DNA of 64,000 nucleotides from Eledone cirrhosa (Eukaryota): the NCBI GenBank assembly GCA_964016885.1, contig OZ024756.1, forward strand, positions 37,820,001 through 37,884,000, given 5' to 3'. A model generated the notes under the pieces. The model did not search any database and was not told where the DNA came from. It saw nothing but the letters and a program-made list of their open reading frames with translations. This document shows, piece by piece, positions 1-13,161 of this stretch (the stretch's first letter is position 1; each line of letters starts with the position of its first letter). A program made the translations under genes and the position numbers.

Positions 1-49
1 GTGGAAGTTTTCTTCGAAAAATGGATTGTTTCCTGTTGATACTGCTGTC

Positions 50-312
50 TAACCCTTTTGATACCAAACTGCCTGAAACCAGTCTTGGTTTTGTGATACA
101 ACACTCTTTATTGTTTAAATTTATCTAAAAAAAAAAAATTTCATCTTAATTTTATGTAAAAACAAACCTTTGTTAAATTTATTTTCAAAACACAAACTTA
201 ATAATGAGAAAGTTAGTTATATTACTAAATCTCTCTAAATTCTTTGTTTTCAAAATTATTTGCATATCATAGTCAGTGCCTTTTATTAGAAATATGGCAG
301 CGATAGGGTTAA
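50..312. mobile_element. Second TTAA-type MITE family (aacccttttgatacc...gggttaa)
   Basis: Terminal inverted ends; related copies at 13387-13625, 25582-25812, 31769-31950, 60152-60613. Confidence 0.6.
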
Positions 313-959
313 AATGTTTATAGTTATCGAAAAAATCTCCCTTTGTAATTTTATGTTAGAAACTTTGTTAAATTATGTTTCAAATGCTAGCTTAATAACG
401 AGTAAATTAGTTGTTATTAAATCTCTCCAAATTCTTGATTATTTGCAAAATTATTTGAAAATCATAGGCAGTGTTTTTCATTAGAAATATGGTAATGAAA
501 GGGCTAAATATTGCTTAATCTCTGTCTCTGGAGTGAGTGTACTCCTTGAGGATTGAACCTACAAAAAAATAAGGGGGGTTTTGTTCTTAAACTGTTTTCC
601 TTATTTGTCCTGTCTCTTAACTGAACTGCATCCCAAGAACTTTCTCTAACTTCTTCCTTCACATGTCCCTTCAGTGTGTTGTGTGTGTATCTAAGTGACC
701 AGTGGGGGAGAAGGAGCAGTAGTGTGTATGTGACTTGGACACAAGACTGTCTTGATCAACCTCTTTTGAGTCTACTGGATGAGAATGTATGTCATAAGAC
801 CTATAACTTCAGGATACAACACTGATATGTCTTGTAGTTGGGTCACTTGGATGATGGTGTTTGTTGTAAGACCCTCACTGAAACACCTACAGGCCAGGAT
901 TATAGCTCTGGTGATGTTTTCTAGAATTTGCATTGGTGGAGGTGTGAAGAACTTACCAT

Positions 960-1100
960 ATGTTTTCTTCTTCTTTGCCTACTTAATCCTGGAAGGATCG
1001 TGGGGGCAGAGTCCTCAAACACTCCTTCTAGCAGGTTCTGTCAGAAGCAACCGTCTCCAACTGATCTGGCTGGAACCCTGAGTGAGACCAGCCAAGGTCA
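960..1100. repeat. Dispersed repeat of unknown class
   Basis: Reverse-complement copies at ~47915-48055 and 55741-55800 (shared VGAESSNT pseudo-peptide in the ORF track). Confidence 0.7.
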
Positions 1101-1138
1101 TATATATATGATTTTCACCAACTTCAAATTCTACATAG

Positions 1139-1221
1139 ATGAGCTGCTAAAATATTTTTACTTTCGATGTGAATATTACAGCAGTTTCACCTTGGAATAT
1201 TACAGCAGTTTCACTATGGAG
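1139..1221 (+). CDS. Possible upstream TOX coding exon (speculative)
   Basis: catag|...ATGGAG|gtgaaa; open frame (D)ELLKYFYFRCEYYSSFTLEYYSSFTME ends in phase 0, compatible with exon 16948. Donor is weak and there is no independent support. Confidence 0.3.
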
Positions 1222-2355
1222 GTGAAATTTTTATTTCTCTTATTGTTTTTTTATGTTTTGAATGAATATATATAACCTTCAAAACATTGGAAATTGGTAA
1301 AAAAAAAGAAAAAAGAAAAAAAAAAAACTTTACTCTAAATGACATTTAAGACATTTTAAATATCAAAACATTAAAATTTCATAAATATATTCTCTACTCA
1401 TGAGAATTTCTAAACTACACCATCTTAGCATAACATGTTGGTTAGTTGCTTTGACTTCAACCTTTAATACATTATAAAATATGGTGTGGTAAATATAGAC
1501 ATATACACCAGGTCCCAAGACAATGGGGTTTGGATTTTTGCCCATTTCTCAGACATGAAATAGGGGGTCAACTTATATTCAAGTTTATATGGTAAATTGG
1601 TTGCTCACTCTGATTGATCGACAAGATCCCAGACCTCATTTGCTTGCCGAGTGGGATGGACCTTATCAAATTGGACCAAGGAAACAATGGTTCCATTGGT
1701 CCGTCCATTGCTGATATTTTCTTCCGATCGCGACTCTTCATAATCACACATGCATTCTCACTTATAATCACACATACATTCACTCTCTCTCACACACACA
1801 CATTTTATCACTCATAAACACTCTTTCTCTCTCTCTCTCTCACACACACACTCTCTCTCTCTCACACACACATTTTATCACTCATAAACACACACACTCT
1901 CTCTCTCTCACACACACACTCTCTCTCTCTCACACACACATTTTATCACTCATAAACACACACACTCTCTCTCTCTCTCTCTCTCTCACACATTTTATCA
2001 CTCATAAACACACTCTCTCTCTCTCTCTCTCGCTCACACATTTTATCCCTCATAAACACACACTCTCTCTCACACACACACATTTTATCACTCATAAACA
2101 CACACTCTCTCTCACACACACATTTTTATCCCTCATAAACACACACTCTCTCTCACACACACATTTTATCACTCATAAACACTCTCTTTCTCCCTCTCTC
2201 TCTTACTTTTTCACTCATAAACATTCACACACACACACACACACTCTCTCTCACACAAACTACACACTAGATTCACATACATGCACACATGCAGCTGCAC
2301 CCATCTTGCACATTTCCCTTTTCACACACCATGCTATTATTTCCCACTCCCTCTG

Positions 2356-2414
<59 letters not shown>

Positions 2415-2724
2415 TCTCTCTCTGCCTCTCTCTCTCTCTCTCTCTGCCTCTCTCTCTCTCTCTCTATCTATTTACTCCCATTTTTTAATATTTTTATAAG
2501 CCATTCAGGTTGCTGATAGCAATAGCCATTAAAAGAGGACCCAGTTTAGACATTAGGGACTTTCAAAAGACTTTCACCAAAACCCTCTCCCACACACATA
2601 TATCTATATTAACCAAATATCCACCAGAACCCTTTCACCCCCCTCTCTCTTAATTTCCATCCCTTATTCCCTCACTCTTTTCCTCCTCTACCTCCTTTAC
2701 ACCCCCATTCTATTACTCTCCTAA

Positions 2725-2769
<45 letters not shown>

Positions 2770-3290
2770 CTCTCCCACCCACTCTTCATCTTTCTTACTC
2801 TCCCTTTCTCTCTCCTACACCCTACCACCACCACCACCAACAACAACATCACTACTACTACCATCATCACAAACACCACCAATACCACTAACACCACCAC
2901 CACTAACACCACCACTACCACCTCCACCACTAACACCACTAACACCACAGCCACCACTAACACCACAGCCACAGTTCTGGTTTGACCAAACTCTCCATCT
3001 TCCATGATGTCATGTTATTCTGTTGTTCAAGTGACACATTCTTAATTGCTTTCTTTATTATGAGATATGGAGTTGTGGATTTATTGTCTATATATTCTTT
3101 TACTCTTCCACTGGTTTCAGTCATTTCACTGCTGCCATGCAGGAGCACCACCTTGGTTTAGGGGGTCATACGACCCCAGGACCCATTTTTTCTCAAACCT
3201 GATGCTTATTTTATCAATCATGTTCTTTGTTTTTCTTTCACAAGGCGCAAAGTTGCATGACATAGACACGGATGGACGGACATATATATA

Positions 3291-3470
<180 letters not shown>

Positions 3471-4030
3471 CATACATACATACACATGCATGTGAATATT
3501 GTATGTGCATGGGATTGTGAAGGTATATTCAGTTTTAGATTTATGACAGATATGCTGGCTGTGTATCAAATGATTCACATCTCTGAATCATGAAATGTAG
3601 GATGTTAGCAGTAAGGCCTCATCAAATGTGATACATTGGCAGTAGGGTCTCATGAAATGTGATGTATTGGTAATGGCGTATCATGAAATATGAAGTGCTG
3701 GCAGTAGGACACAATGAATTGTGAGGTATTGGTACAGTTGTATATATGTGATGTATGACAGGTGCAGCAGTGTATCATGAAATGTATGACAGCTGCAGTT
3801 CTGTATCATGAAATGTATGGCAGCTGCAGTTGTATTTAGTGTCTAACATATCACATCACTGATTTAGTCATAGATAGTGTGTTTACAGTAATCCTATTGG
3901 TCAATATATATCTATATAGATATAGATATATATTGACCAATAGGATTGCTTTAACATCACATCACATCCTTGATGAATCATTGCTGTCTCTTGTAATAAT
4001 AGTTAGCCTATTGGTCAATATATATGTGTA

Positions 4031-4066
<36 letters not shown>

Positions 4067-4289
4067 CAGGAGGCCAGACTGGTAATATTCCTTTAAAGTG
4101 TTATTGTTGCAACAAAACACTATATATATTTCAGTGGCCTGGTTACGTAAGATCATCAGGTGCAGGTTGCAGAATTAGTTAATTAATAAAGGAATTACGG
4201 CAAACACAAACAGAGAAAATAGGGAGAATATTTGATATGAGATGGTCTGCAGCAACATTAACACCTATTTCATGGGCCATCAGAACTTT

Positions 4290-4705
4290 GACATGGTTGG
4301 TTTCCTATCACAATTGGAACCTGCCGGCCTTGACCATGGTGATGTAAAATGTCCAGGTGGGATATCTTTTTTCCTCTCTGAGGAAGGTAAATCTCTAATC
4401 TGGGGCGCTACATGTTGCAACATGTTCACTGCCCTGCCTCCTACTTTGTCACAAATTCAGGCAGTGTCGTCTGTGACAACAGAGGAGTGGAAGATATCCA
4501 AATACCAGCACTTTTGAGACAAGTCACTGTTGAGACCAATGGTGTCCTCTCTCTCCCGAATTGCTGTTTAATCTTTGCAAAACTGGGAGGAGTGCATCCT
4601 GCCTTGAGGAGTGAGCTTCGTGAGGTGGCGTGGCTGATGTGTCAGGTGTTCCTGGCTGTTCTCCATGGCAATGCCTTCACCATTTTGTCGGAAGGGAGTA
4701 GCTAA
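4290..4705 (+). pseudogene. Relic of the restriction-like endonuclease domain of a CRE-type non-LTR retrotransposon
   Basis: Frameshifted peptides LEPAGLDHGDVKCPGG...EGKSLIWGATCC...KISKY and VTVETNGVL...REVAWLMCQVFLAVLHGNAFTI resemble the EPxGL..GKRPDG..WDATC..AVET..GNA motif chain. Confidence 0.65.
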
Positions 4706-4990
4706 GATGTACCACCGAGATTGGGGGGTAAGAAGGGGGTAGAATCTGCCACTCCCACTCCTCTTACTTCATCATTTTATTTTTTTTATTTTTATTGCAA
4801 ATATCTTGTTTACTAAACCCAATTGTTTATGTTGTTGACTGACTTGTAAAGAACATTTGCAGTTCATTGGTCACACATCCTGTTTTTGCTGTTTATAGTC
4901 AAATGGTTTTGTTGGTTAATTCTTTTATGGTCCATTGGTCTTGCATCTTCTCTTTGTTTTTATGCTCTAGTGGGTTGGAACGTGATTTTG

Positions 4991-5059
<69 letters not shown>

Positions 5060-5545
5060 CTTTTATGATAAAACACAAAAATCATATGACAACTGTATTT
5101 TGGGATTTGTTTGGGAAATGGTAATTTAATATCTATTTTCCCACGCTTCTCTCTCACAACAATGTTGACAAGATGGTCAGTAATTAGACAGGTAACTATC
5201 TATAACCTTGTCTTTGGACAATAAATGCATTTACCTATCTACCTACCTATCTATCTATCTACCTCCCTGCCTATCAGTCAACCTGTCTATCTACCTGTCT
5301 ATCAGTCTATCTATCCACCTGCCTATCAGTCTATCTATCCACCTGCCTATCTACCTGTCTATCTACCTGCCTATCAGTCAACCTGTCTATCCATGTTATT
5401 CCCAAATACAAATGTGTGTGCCCCCCCCCCCCCCCCCCCCCGTGACTCTTTCCAGTGAGTTTGAATTTATTTCAATTATAAAAGACTTTCTTTTCTGATT
5501 GGTGGTGCTTGTAGAGTCTTGTAGAATTGGATTGATGGACTGCCC

Positions 5546-5600
<55 letters not shown>

Positions 5601-5915
5601 AGAGATGTCAACATGAATGGACCTGTTATTTTTATCTAAAGACATTTTTTTCCAATTCCAACCTGCCCATCCCCTCAATCTATCTTATTTCTCAGTCTTT
5701 TTTCTTATGAAGGATTAGCGTCCAAAACGTTAAGACCCTCTTCCTGCTATATCAAGTGTTAACCTAATATATTCCTTCCATATACTGTACTAATTGTGTT
5801 GTTGTTTCTGTTTACCTTTTACATACATATATATATATAATTGGTGTTGGATGCTTAAAGCGTCCATATGCGGTAGGCCGTATGAGCACTCGATGGTCTC
5901 ACCGAGCAGAGTAGG

Positions 5916-6221
5916 ATATCACAGAAAGAGAATCAGTGTTGCGACGAATGGAATTTATTGGACATATTACAATCGTTTCTCTGGCGACCAGCTCGAGGCA
6001 CAATCGATGTGATGATCGAACCTGACTCTGAAAATCACAAGGTCCTCAGATACGTCTTGATTCTACGAAGCAGATTTTCCTATTGTGCGATTTTGCGATT
6101 TTCAGAGTCAGGTTCGATCATCACATCGATCGTGCCTAGAGCTGGTTGCCAGGGAAACCATTGTAATATGTCCAATAAATTCCATTCGTCGCAACACTGA
6201 CTCTCTTTTTTTCTGTGATAT
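5916..6221. repeat. Long inverted repeat (~125-bp arms, ~52-bp spacer)
   Basis: 5916-6040 is the reverse complement of 6093-6221 with a few mismatches. Confidence 0.9.
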
Positions 6222-6252
6222 ATATATATATATATATATGTCTGTGTGTGTG

Positions 6253-6286
<34 letters not shown>

Positions 6287-7204
6287 GAGGGATAGCAGTT
6301 AACTTCAGAAAAATGACTCAGTATGTGTATGTGTGTGTGTGGTTTATATAGATGGCAGTTAACTTCATTAACCGATTCTGCATATGTTTGTGTGTGTGTG
6401 TGATTTCAGAGAAGTTGATGGATTGCAGTAAAGACTAGTAAAGTGTGTGCTTGTGTGTGTGGTTGTATGTGTTTGTGTGTGTTTGTGCTCTATGAATAAT
6501 TTATTGGTGTCAAACAACAGATGGTGTGTTGGAGGTGGGGTGAAAGTAGGTGAAGATGGATTTGGTTTTGTAGGGGGGGGGGGTTATTGTAGTTTGTTGG
6601 TTTTGTTGTTGTTGTTGTTGGAGGCAATGGGTGAGGAATGGCAGTTGTTGTTGGAGGTAGCGAGGAAGGGGCAGTGTTGTTGTTGGAGGTAGTGATTTGG
6701 GAAGAGGCATTGTGGTGTTGTGTTGGAGGTGGGGACATTATTGTTGTTGTTGTTGGAGGTAGTGATTTGGGAAGAGGCATTGTGGTGTTGTGTTGGAGGT
6801 GGCAGTATTGCTGTTGTTATTGTTGTTGTTGGTGGGGGCATTATTATTATTGTTGTTGTTGTTGGCAGTGATTAGGGATGAGGGCATTACATAATTTTAT
6901 CTAAGAACCTTTGTTAAATTATGATCCGAACACCAGCTTAAATCTTTTGATACTATCCCCCCCCCCCTCCCTGAAACCACCCCCTGCTTCTACATGACAA
7001 AACTATTTGTTTTAAAGGGTTTATATTTACCTAAAAACCTTCAAACATAATTTTATCTAAGAACCTTTGTTAAGTTATGTTCCGAACACCAGCTTAAATC
7101 TTTTGATATATATATATATATACATTTAAGTAAGTGCCGTACTAAGAGTGAGAAATGAAATTTCGTTTTCATTTTATTTCAACTTATATATATATATATA
7201 TATA

Positions 7205-7372
7205 ATTGTTTCTACTTTTTGGCACAAGGCCAGCAATTACCCAGTACATTACTGGTACTTTATTTTATCGACCCCGTAAGGATGAAAGACAAAGTTAACT
7301 TCGGCGGGATTTGAACTCAGACCGTAAAGGGACGTAACTATGCTGGAAAGCATGTCTGACCCTCTACCGATT
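7205..7372 (-). mobile_element. tRNA-derived SINE family 2 (ctttgcctttcatcctt-cggggtcgataaaataaagtaccag domain)
   Basis: Dispersed family; other copies at 7728-7908(+), 8514-8702(-), 15143-15328(-), 21735-21960(+), 26195-26578(+), 41115-41320(-), 48115-48307(-), 49657-49841(-). Confidence 0.85.
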
Positions 7373-7727
7373 ATATATATATATAATGTGTGTGTCTTTC
7401 TCTCCCTCTCTCTCTATGTATATATCTCTCTCTCTTTCTCTCTTTTTCTTTGTAATCCACTTAACAAATTCTCTTGAGATTCTTACCCCCCCCCCCCCCC
7501 TCTCCACCTCCCCCAATTGTCTGTTTGTCTTCCGCTGCCATTATTCTAATTACCGTTTTCATTCAGCTCTCAGAATCACATCCATAACGAGCCAGGCTTC
7601 GTTTCTATTTCCAACTCCAACACACTTTATTTTAACTTATTAGAAAATTCAATTAGGTCTCCTCTTCTTCTTCCTCTCTTAAATATATTATCATCATCAT
7701 CATCATTATAATCATTATTATTATTAT

Positions 7728-7908
7728 TGGCAGTATCGGTAGAGGGTCAGACACCATGCTTTGCAGCATAGAGTTATGGCCCTTTATGATCTGAGTTCAA
7801 ATCCCACCGAGGTTAGCTTTGCGTTTCATCCTTACGGGGTTGATAAAATAATGTACCAGTAATGCACTGGGATAATTGCTGGCCTTGTGCCAAAAGTAGA
7901 AACAATTA
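7728..7908 (+). mobile_element. tRNA-derived SINE family 2
   Basis: tggcagtatcggtagag (A-box-like), gagttcaaatccc (B-box-like), then the shared central domain and ggccttgtgccaaaagtagaaac tail. Confidence 0.85.
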
Positions 7909-9384
7909 TTAATATTGGATTGGCAGAATCGGTAGACCTCCGGAGAGTATGCTTGACAGCATAGAGTTACGACCTTTTATGTTCCGGATCTATTCAAACC
8001 GGCTGTAACAGGCCGCTCATACTTATGTTAAGGTATTGTTCTCAAAATGAATAATATCAAGATCTCATAGATTAGATATTATAAAGACTTTACCATGAAA
8101 ATATAATAGTAAATATAGAATGAGATAGTTATGTGAGGTAAAGCCTTCACTGTGAAAATACAATAGAATATATAGAGTAATGTAAATGTTATGTGAGATA
8201 TTATGTGAGGTAAAGACTTTACTGTGAAAATACAATAGAATATATAGAGTAATGTAAATGTTATGTGAGATAATTATGAGGTAAAGCCTTTACCATGAAA
8301 ATATAGTATATATAGAGTAATGTAAATGTTATGTGAGATGTTATGTGAGGTAAAGCCTTTACTGTGAAAATACAATAGAATATATAGAGTAATGTAAATG
8401 TTATGTGAGATAATTATGAGGTAAAGCCTTTACCATGAAAATATAGTATATATAGAGTAATGTAAATGTTATGTGAGATGTTATGTGAGGTAAAGCCTTT
8501 ACTATGAAAATATAATTGTTTCTACTTTAGGCACAAGGCCAGCAATTACCCAGTGCATTACTGGTATTTTATTTCATCGACCCCGTAAGGATGAAAGGCA
8601 AAGTCAACCTCGGCCGGATTTGAACTCAGATCGTAAAGGGACGTAACTATGATGCAAAGCATGGCGTCCGACCCTCTACTGATACTGCCAATCCACCGCC
8701 CTGAAAATATAATAGTAAATATAGAGTAATGTAAATCCTAAAGTGTTAATAGACTTCCCCATTCCCCAAATTTACTGGTCTTCTGCCTCTGTTAGAAACA
8801 ATTATGATTATTATTAGTTTGTCCAAAAAGTCATTAGCCATAGATGTAGGTGTTAACGATGATTTTTTTGTTGATGTTGGTTTTAATGATAATGATGATG
8901 TTAATGAGAATGAGGGTGGTGGTGGTGGTGTTCAAGTGAATGTTTTTTTTTGGGGGGGGGGGGGGGGTTGTGTGTGTGTGTTTGGAGTTGATGTTGTGGT
9001 TGTTATTGTTGCTGTTCTCCTCCCACTCAACATAGACTGCTGTGTAAACCAGGGGTTTCTGTAACCACCACCTACACCACCACCACCTACACCACCACCA
9101 CCACCTATACATGTCAACCCTAGACAGGTCTGCTGTTGTTGCTGTTTCACTGTCAAACATTTCAACTGTCAACAAAAGGCTTCATTAATTTCCTCAATGT
9201 TCTGTCCAAGTCAAATATGCTTGAAGCACATCTTTGACCCTTTTCCTATCAAACTGCCTGAAACCCTCCCTGGTTCTACCGTACTACTGGGTTGCTTATT
9301 TTACCAGAAAATATCTAAAATTGGTTGTATTATCATCACTAGAGGGCAGTGGATTGGCAGTATTAGTATCAGTACTCTATATAT

Positions 9385-9920
9385 TATTATTCCACCTCCA
9401 CTCATACTCCACTTTATATATTGTAACCCACATTCCACTCCAAACATTGTAATTCCACCTCCACTCATTCTCCACTCGACATATTGTAATCCACACTCCA
9501 CCCCAAACATTGTAATTCCTCCTCCACTCATACTCCACTCGACATATTGTAATCCACACTCCACTCCAAACATTGTAATCCCACCTCCACTCATGCTCCA
9601 CCCCAAACATTGTAATTCCTCTTCAACTCATACCCACTTTACATTGTAATCCACACTTTATTCCACTCCAAATATTATAATTCCACCTCCACTCATACTC
9701 CACTCAACATATTGTAACCCACACTCCAGTGTTAGGAAGGGCATCCAACCAGTGTATCAATGCCAAAACGATTATAAGATGATGATGACTCCACTCCAAA
9801 CAAGGTAATTCCACCTCCACTCATACTCCACTCCAAACATTGTAATTCCACCTCCACTCATTCTCCACACTACATGTTATAATCCACACACCACACCCAC
9901 ACCACTCCACTCCACTCAAA
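9385..9920. repeat. Minisatellite, ~63-bp unit
   Basis: Repeated IVIPPPLILHSTYCNPHSTPN pseudo-peptide (21 codons). Confidence 0.85.
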
Positions 9921-10514
9921 ATATTCCTAGAGTGTCAAGGTACCAGTAATACAATGGGGTTTAACAACCACCCTCGTTACCCCCCCCCCCCCCCCCCTCC
10001 AGCTCTTCACTTAATATCAACAGCCTCTTGGCTAAAACAGAAATCATTAAGCCTAATTAAATCATCTGTCTGTATTAATCCATTAATTAAATTGTGTATG
10101 TATACATGTATGTATACATATACATAACACACACACACACACTTACACATTTAGTTTTCGTTGACAAATTAAATTTTTGAAGAATGTTTATTAGGAAAAT
10201 TAATTAACAAAATCTTGTTGCTTTTTATTTTATTTTTAAAAACATTCCTAATTTTAACAGTTGTGTTTTGTGCCTATGATGATGATGATGATACTACTAG
10301 TAGTGGTGGTGGTGGTAGTGGTGGTAGTGGTAGTAGTAGTGGTGGTAGTGGTAGTAGTAGTGGCGGTGGTGGTGGTGGTAGTAGTGGTAGTAGTAGTAGT
10401 AGTAGTGGTGGATGTGATAGTAGTAGTGGTGGTGGTAGTGGTAGTAGTAGTAGTGGTGGTGGTGGTGGTAGTAGTAGTGGTGGTGGTGATAGTGGTAGTA
10501 GTAGTAGAGTGGTA

Positions 10515-10567
<53 letters not shown>

Positions 10568-12143
10568 GGTAGTAGTAACAATGACCAAAATATTTTCATT
10601 TTCTCTTTAAATATCACCGATGTACTGTTTGTTATTCAGGATTTAAAGAACTATTATTTCAAAATTGTATGCAACATTACCCACTGTATCTTTAAAAGCA
10701 GAATGGAACGGTTTAAAGAATTGTTGTTTCCTTTGAAAATAGAACAAACAGTGGAAAATACATACAAAAGGAAATTAACTAGATTTGACTTAATTTTGCT
10801 GCGCATCTTTGAGATTATCAATGAAACTCTAAAGTATTACAGCGCACACAGGGATAAATGGTGAAACACATTAACCCTTTTTGTGTAAGAATATTTTTTA
10901 ACTGTTTAGCATTTACACTACGGATACAAGCCGAAGCTGAAGCCTATAGACAAATATGCCCCCACCCCCTCCCACTATTTAGTAGTCATGGAGGTGCCAC
11001 TGCAAAAAAGCCCCCAGCCCACACTGTAAAGTGGACGTGTAGGTGCCACGGAAAAAAAGCACTCGGCACTCACTGTAAATGAGGTTGGTGTTAGGAAGGG
11101 CATCCAGCTGTAGAAATCAAGCCAGAATCAGTTCCTGTATGAGCAAGATAAGGTCAGCCGACTGGACAATGGCCACAACAGGACAACCCATTTAACCCAT
11201 GCTAGCATGGAAGAACGGACGTAAAACGGTGATGATGATGAATAATCTATATTTACTATCATATTTTCATGGTAAATGCTTTACTTCACATAATATCGAA
11301 TTTATGAGATTTTGATATTATCAAAATTTGAATAGAAAGAGGTAAGAGAATTCTGGCCAGATACAGCCGGTTTAAATGCTAAAGGTTTAAGTTGTGTTCT
11401 CAGCACCAGCTTAGTAATTAATTAGAAAGATATATTACAAAAACCTGCCAAATTCTTGATAATTTAAAATTATTTAAAAACTTTAGACAGTGTCTTTCAT
11501 TATAAATGTGTTAATGAAAGGGTTAAATGTTTATATTTATCTAAAAACATTTCATCATAATTTTATGTCAGTAGCTTGTTCCAAACACCAACTTAATAAT
11601 ATAAAAGTTAGTTATATTATTAAGACCCTGCAAATTCTTGATGATTTTCAAAATTATTTGAAAATCATTGATAGTGTCTTTCATGAGAAACATGGTAACA
11701 AAAGATTTAAAGTATCATAACCCACTAAACTGTCATGGTATTTCTCTGGAAGAAATCGGCTGTGTTCAGACTTGGAGAGGGATGGACCCTGCCAGGTTTA
11801 ACCCTTTAGCATTTACATTATTCTATATTTATTCTTCTATTTTCATAGTAAAGGCTTTATCTTACATAATATCAGATCTATGAGATTTGAACAGAAAGAG
11901 GTGAGAGAGGTCTGGCTGGGTATGGTCAGTTTGAACAGAAAGAGGTGAGAGAGGTCTGGCCGGGTATGGTCAGTTTGAACAGAAAGAGGTGAGAGAGGTC
12001 TGGATGGTTAAAATGCCCAAGACAAGCTGTATATCGCAACGGTACTTCTACAACTCCATCAGGAATTACAGGTTCATATATACAACATTTACCACATTCC
12101 ATTATAAGCTCACTTTGTCAGAGAACTAGGAATGAATATATCA

Positions 12144-12219
<76 letters not shown>

Positions 12220-12603
12220 CTTGTTCTTTAATTAAAGCCTGATTTCATTAAGGATGACACTACATTCCATTATTCTGCCATTCTTTTGACCTATTTAACA
12301 TTGCTCAAAGACATGTTTTTGCCAGAATTCAGTAATTTCACCAAAGTCTCCCTTTTAGCTAAATAGGGATTGGGGAGGGGGGCATTTGATTTAATAACTT
12401 GTATTGGTTTAGTTATTCCAATTGCTAAAAGGTTTACACACCTACTCAGTCACATGAACACACACACATACACTCACACATTCATACACATAGATATCTG
12501 CATACATATGCAGACATGCACACACAGAGACAGACACAGTCTTAGATGTGTGTGCACTCACTCATATGCAGACATAGATACATGCATAATCTCACACGAA
12601 AAT

Positions 12604-12645
<42 letters not shown>

Positions 12646-12820
12646 CTACAGGCAACAACAAATGGCAGGAGAATAAAGCAAGCAACAAGCTGGATCAAGA
12701 AATAACAGCTAAATTTCCTTCAAAGTATATGCTACTGACTTAAATGGGAAGGGAGACAACAGATGATGATCATAGATGGGAATGCTCTTCATCATTGACC
12801 TGGGGTTAAACAACAACATT

Positions 12821-13161
12821 AGCAGTCTACTAAAGACTGCTGCTATTCTCTGATGTCTTATATTTCAAATACACCACCATCAATTTAACTCTTCCGTGGC
12901 CATATTTTTAATGTAATACACCAAATCCTTTACCAATTTATTCAACTATGGTGTATTACATTAAAAATATGGCCACGGAAGAGTTAAATTGATGGTGGTG
13001 TATTTGAAATATAAGACATCAGAGAATAGCAGCAGTCTTTAGTAGACTGCTGCTATTCTCTGATGTCTTATATTTCAAATACACCACCATCAATTTAACT
13101 CTTCCGTGGCCATATTTTTAATGTAATACACCATAGTTGAATAAATTGGTAAAGGATTTGG
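12821..13161. repeat. Inverted triplication (forward-inverted-forward) of a ~100-130-bp segment
   Basis: 12821-12923 forward, 12921-13051 reverse complement, 13044-13161 forward; copies identical by eye. Confidence 0.92.

Noticed and set aside
10215-10617. Signal-peptide plus Gly/Ser-rich or His/Tyr-rich protein
   Set aside because: (GGT/AGT)n trinucleotide microsatellite; non-ATG start.
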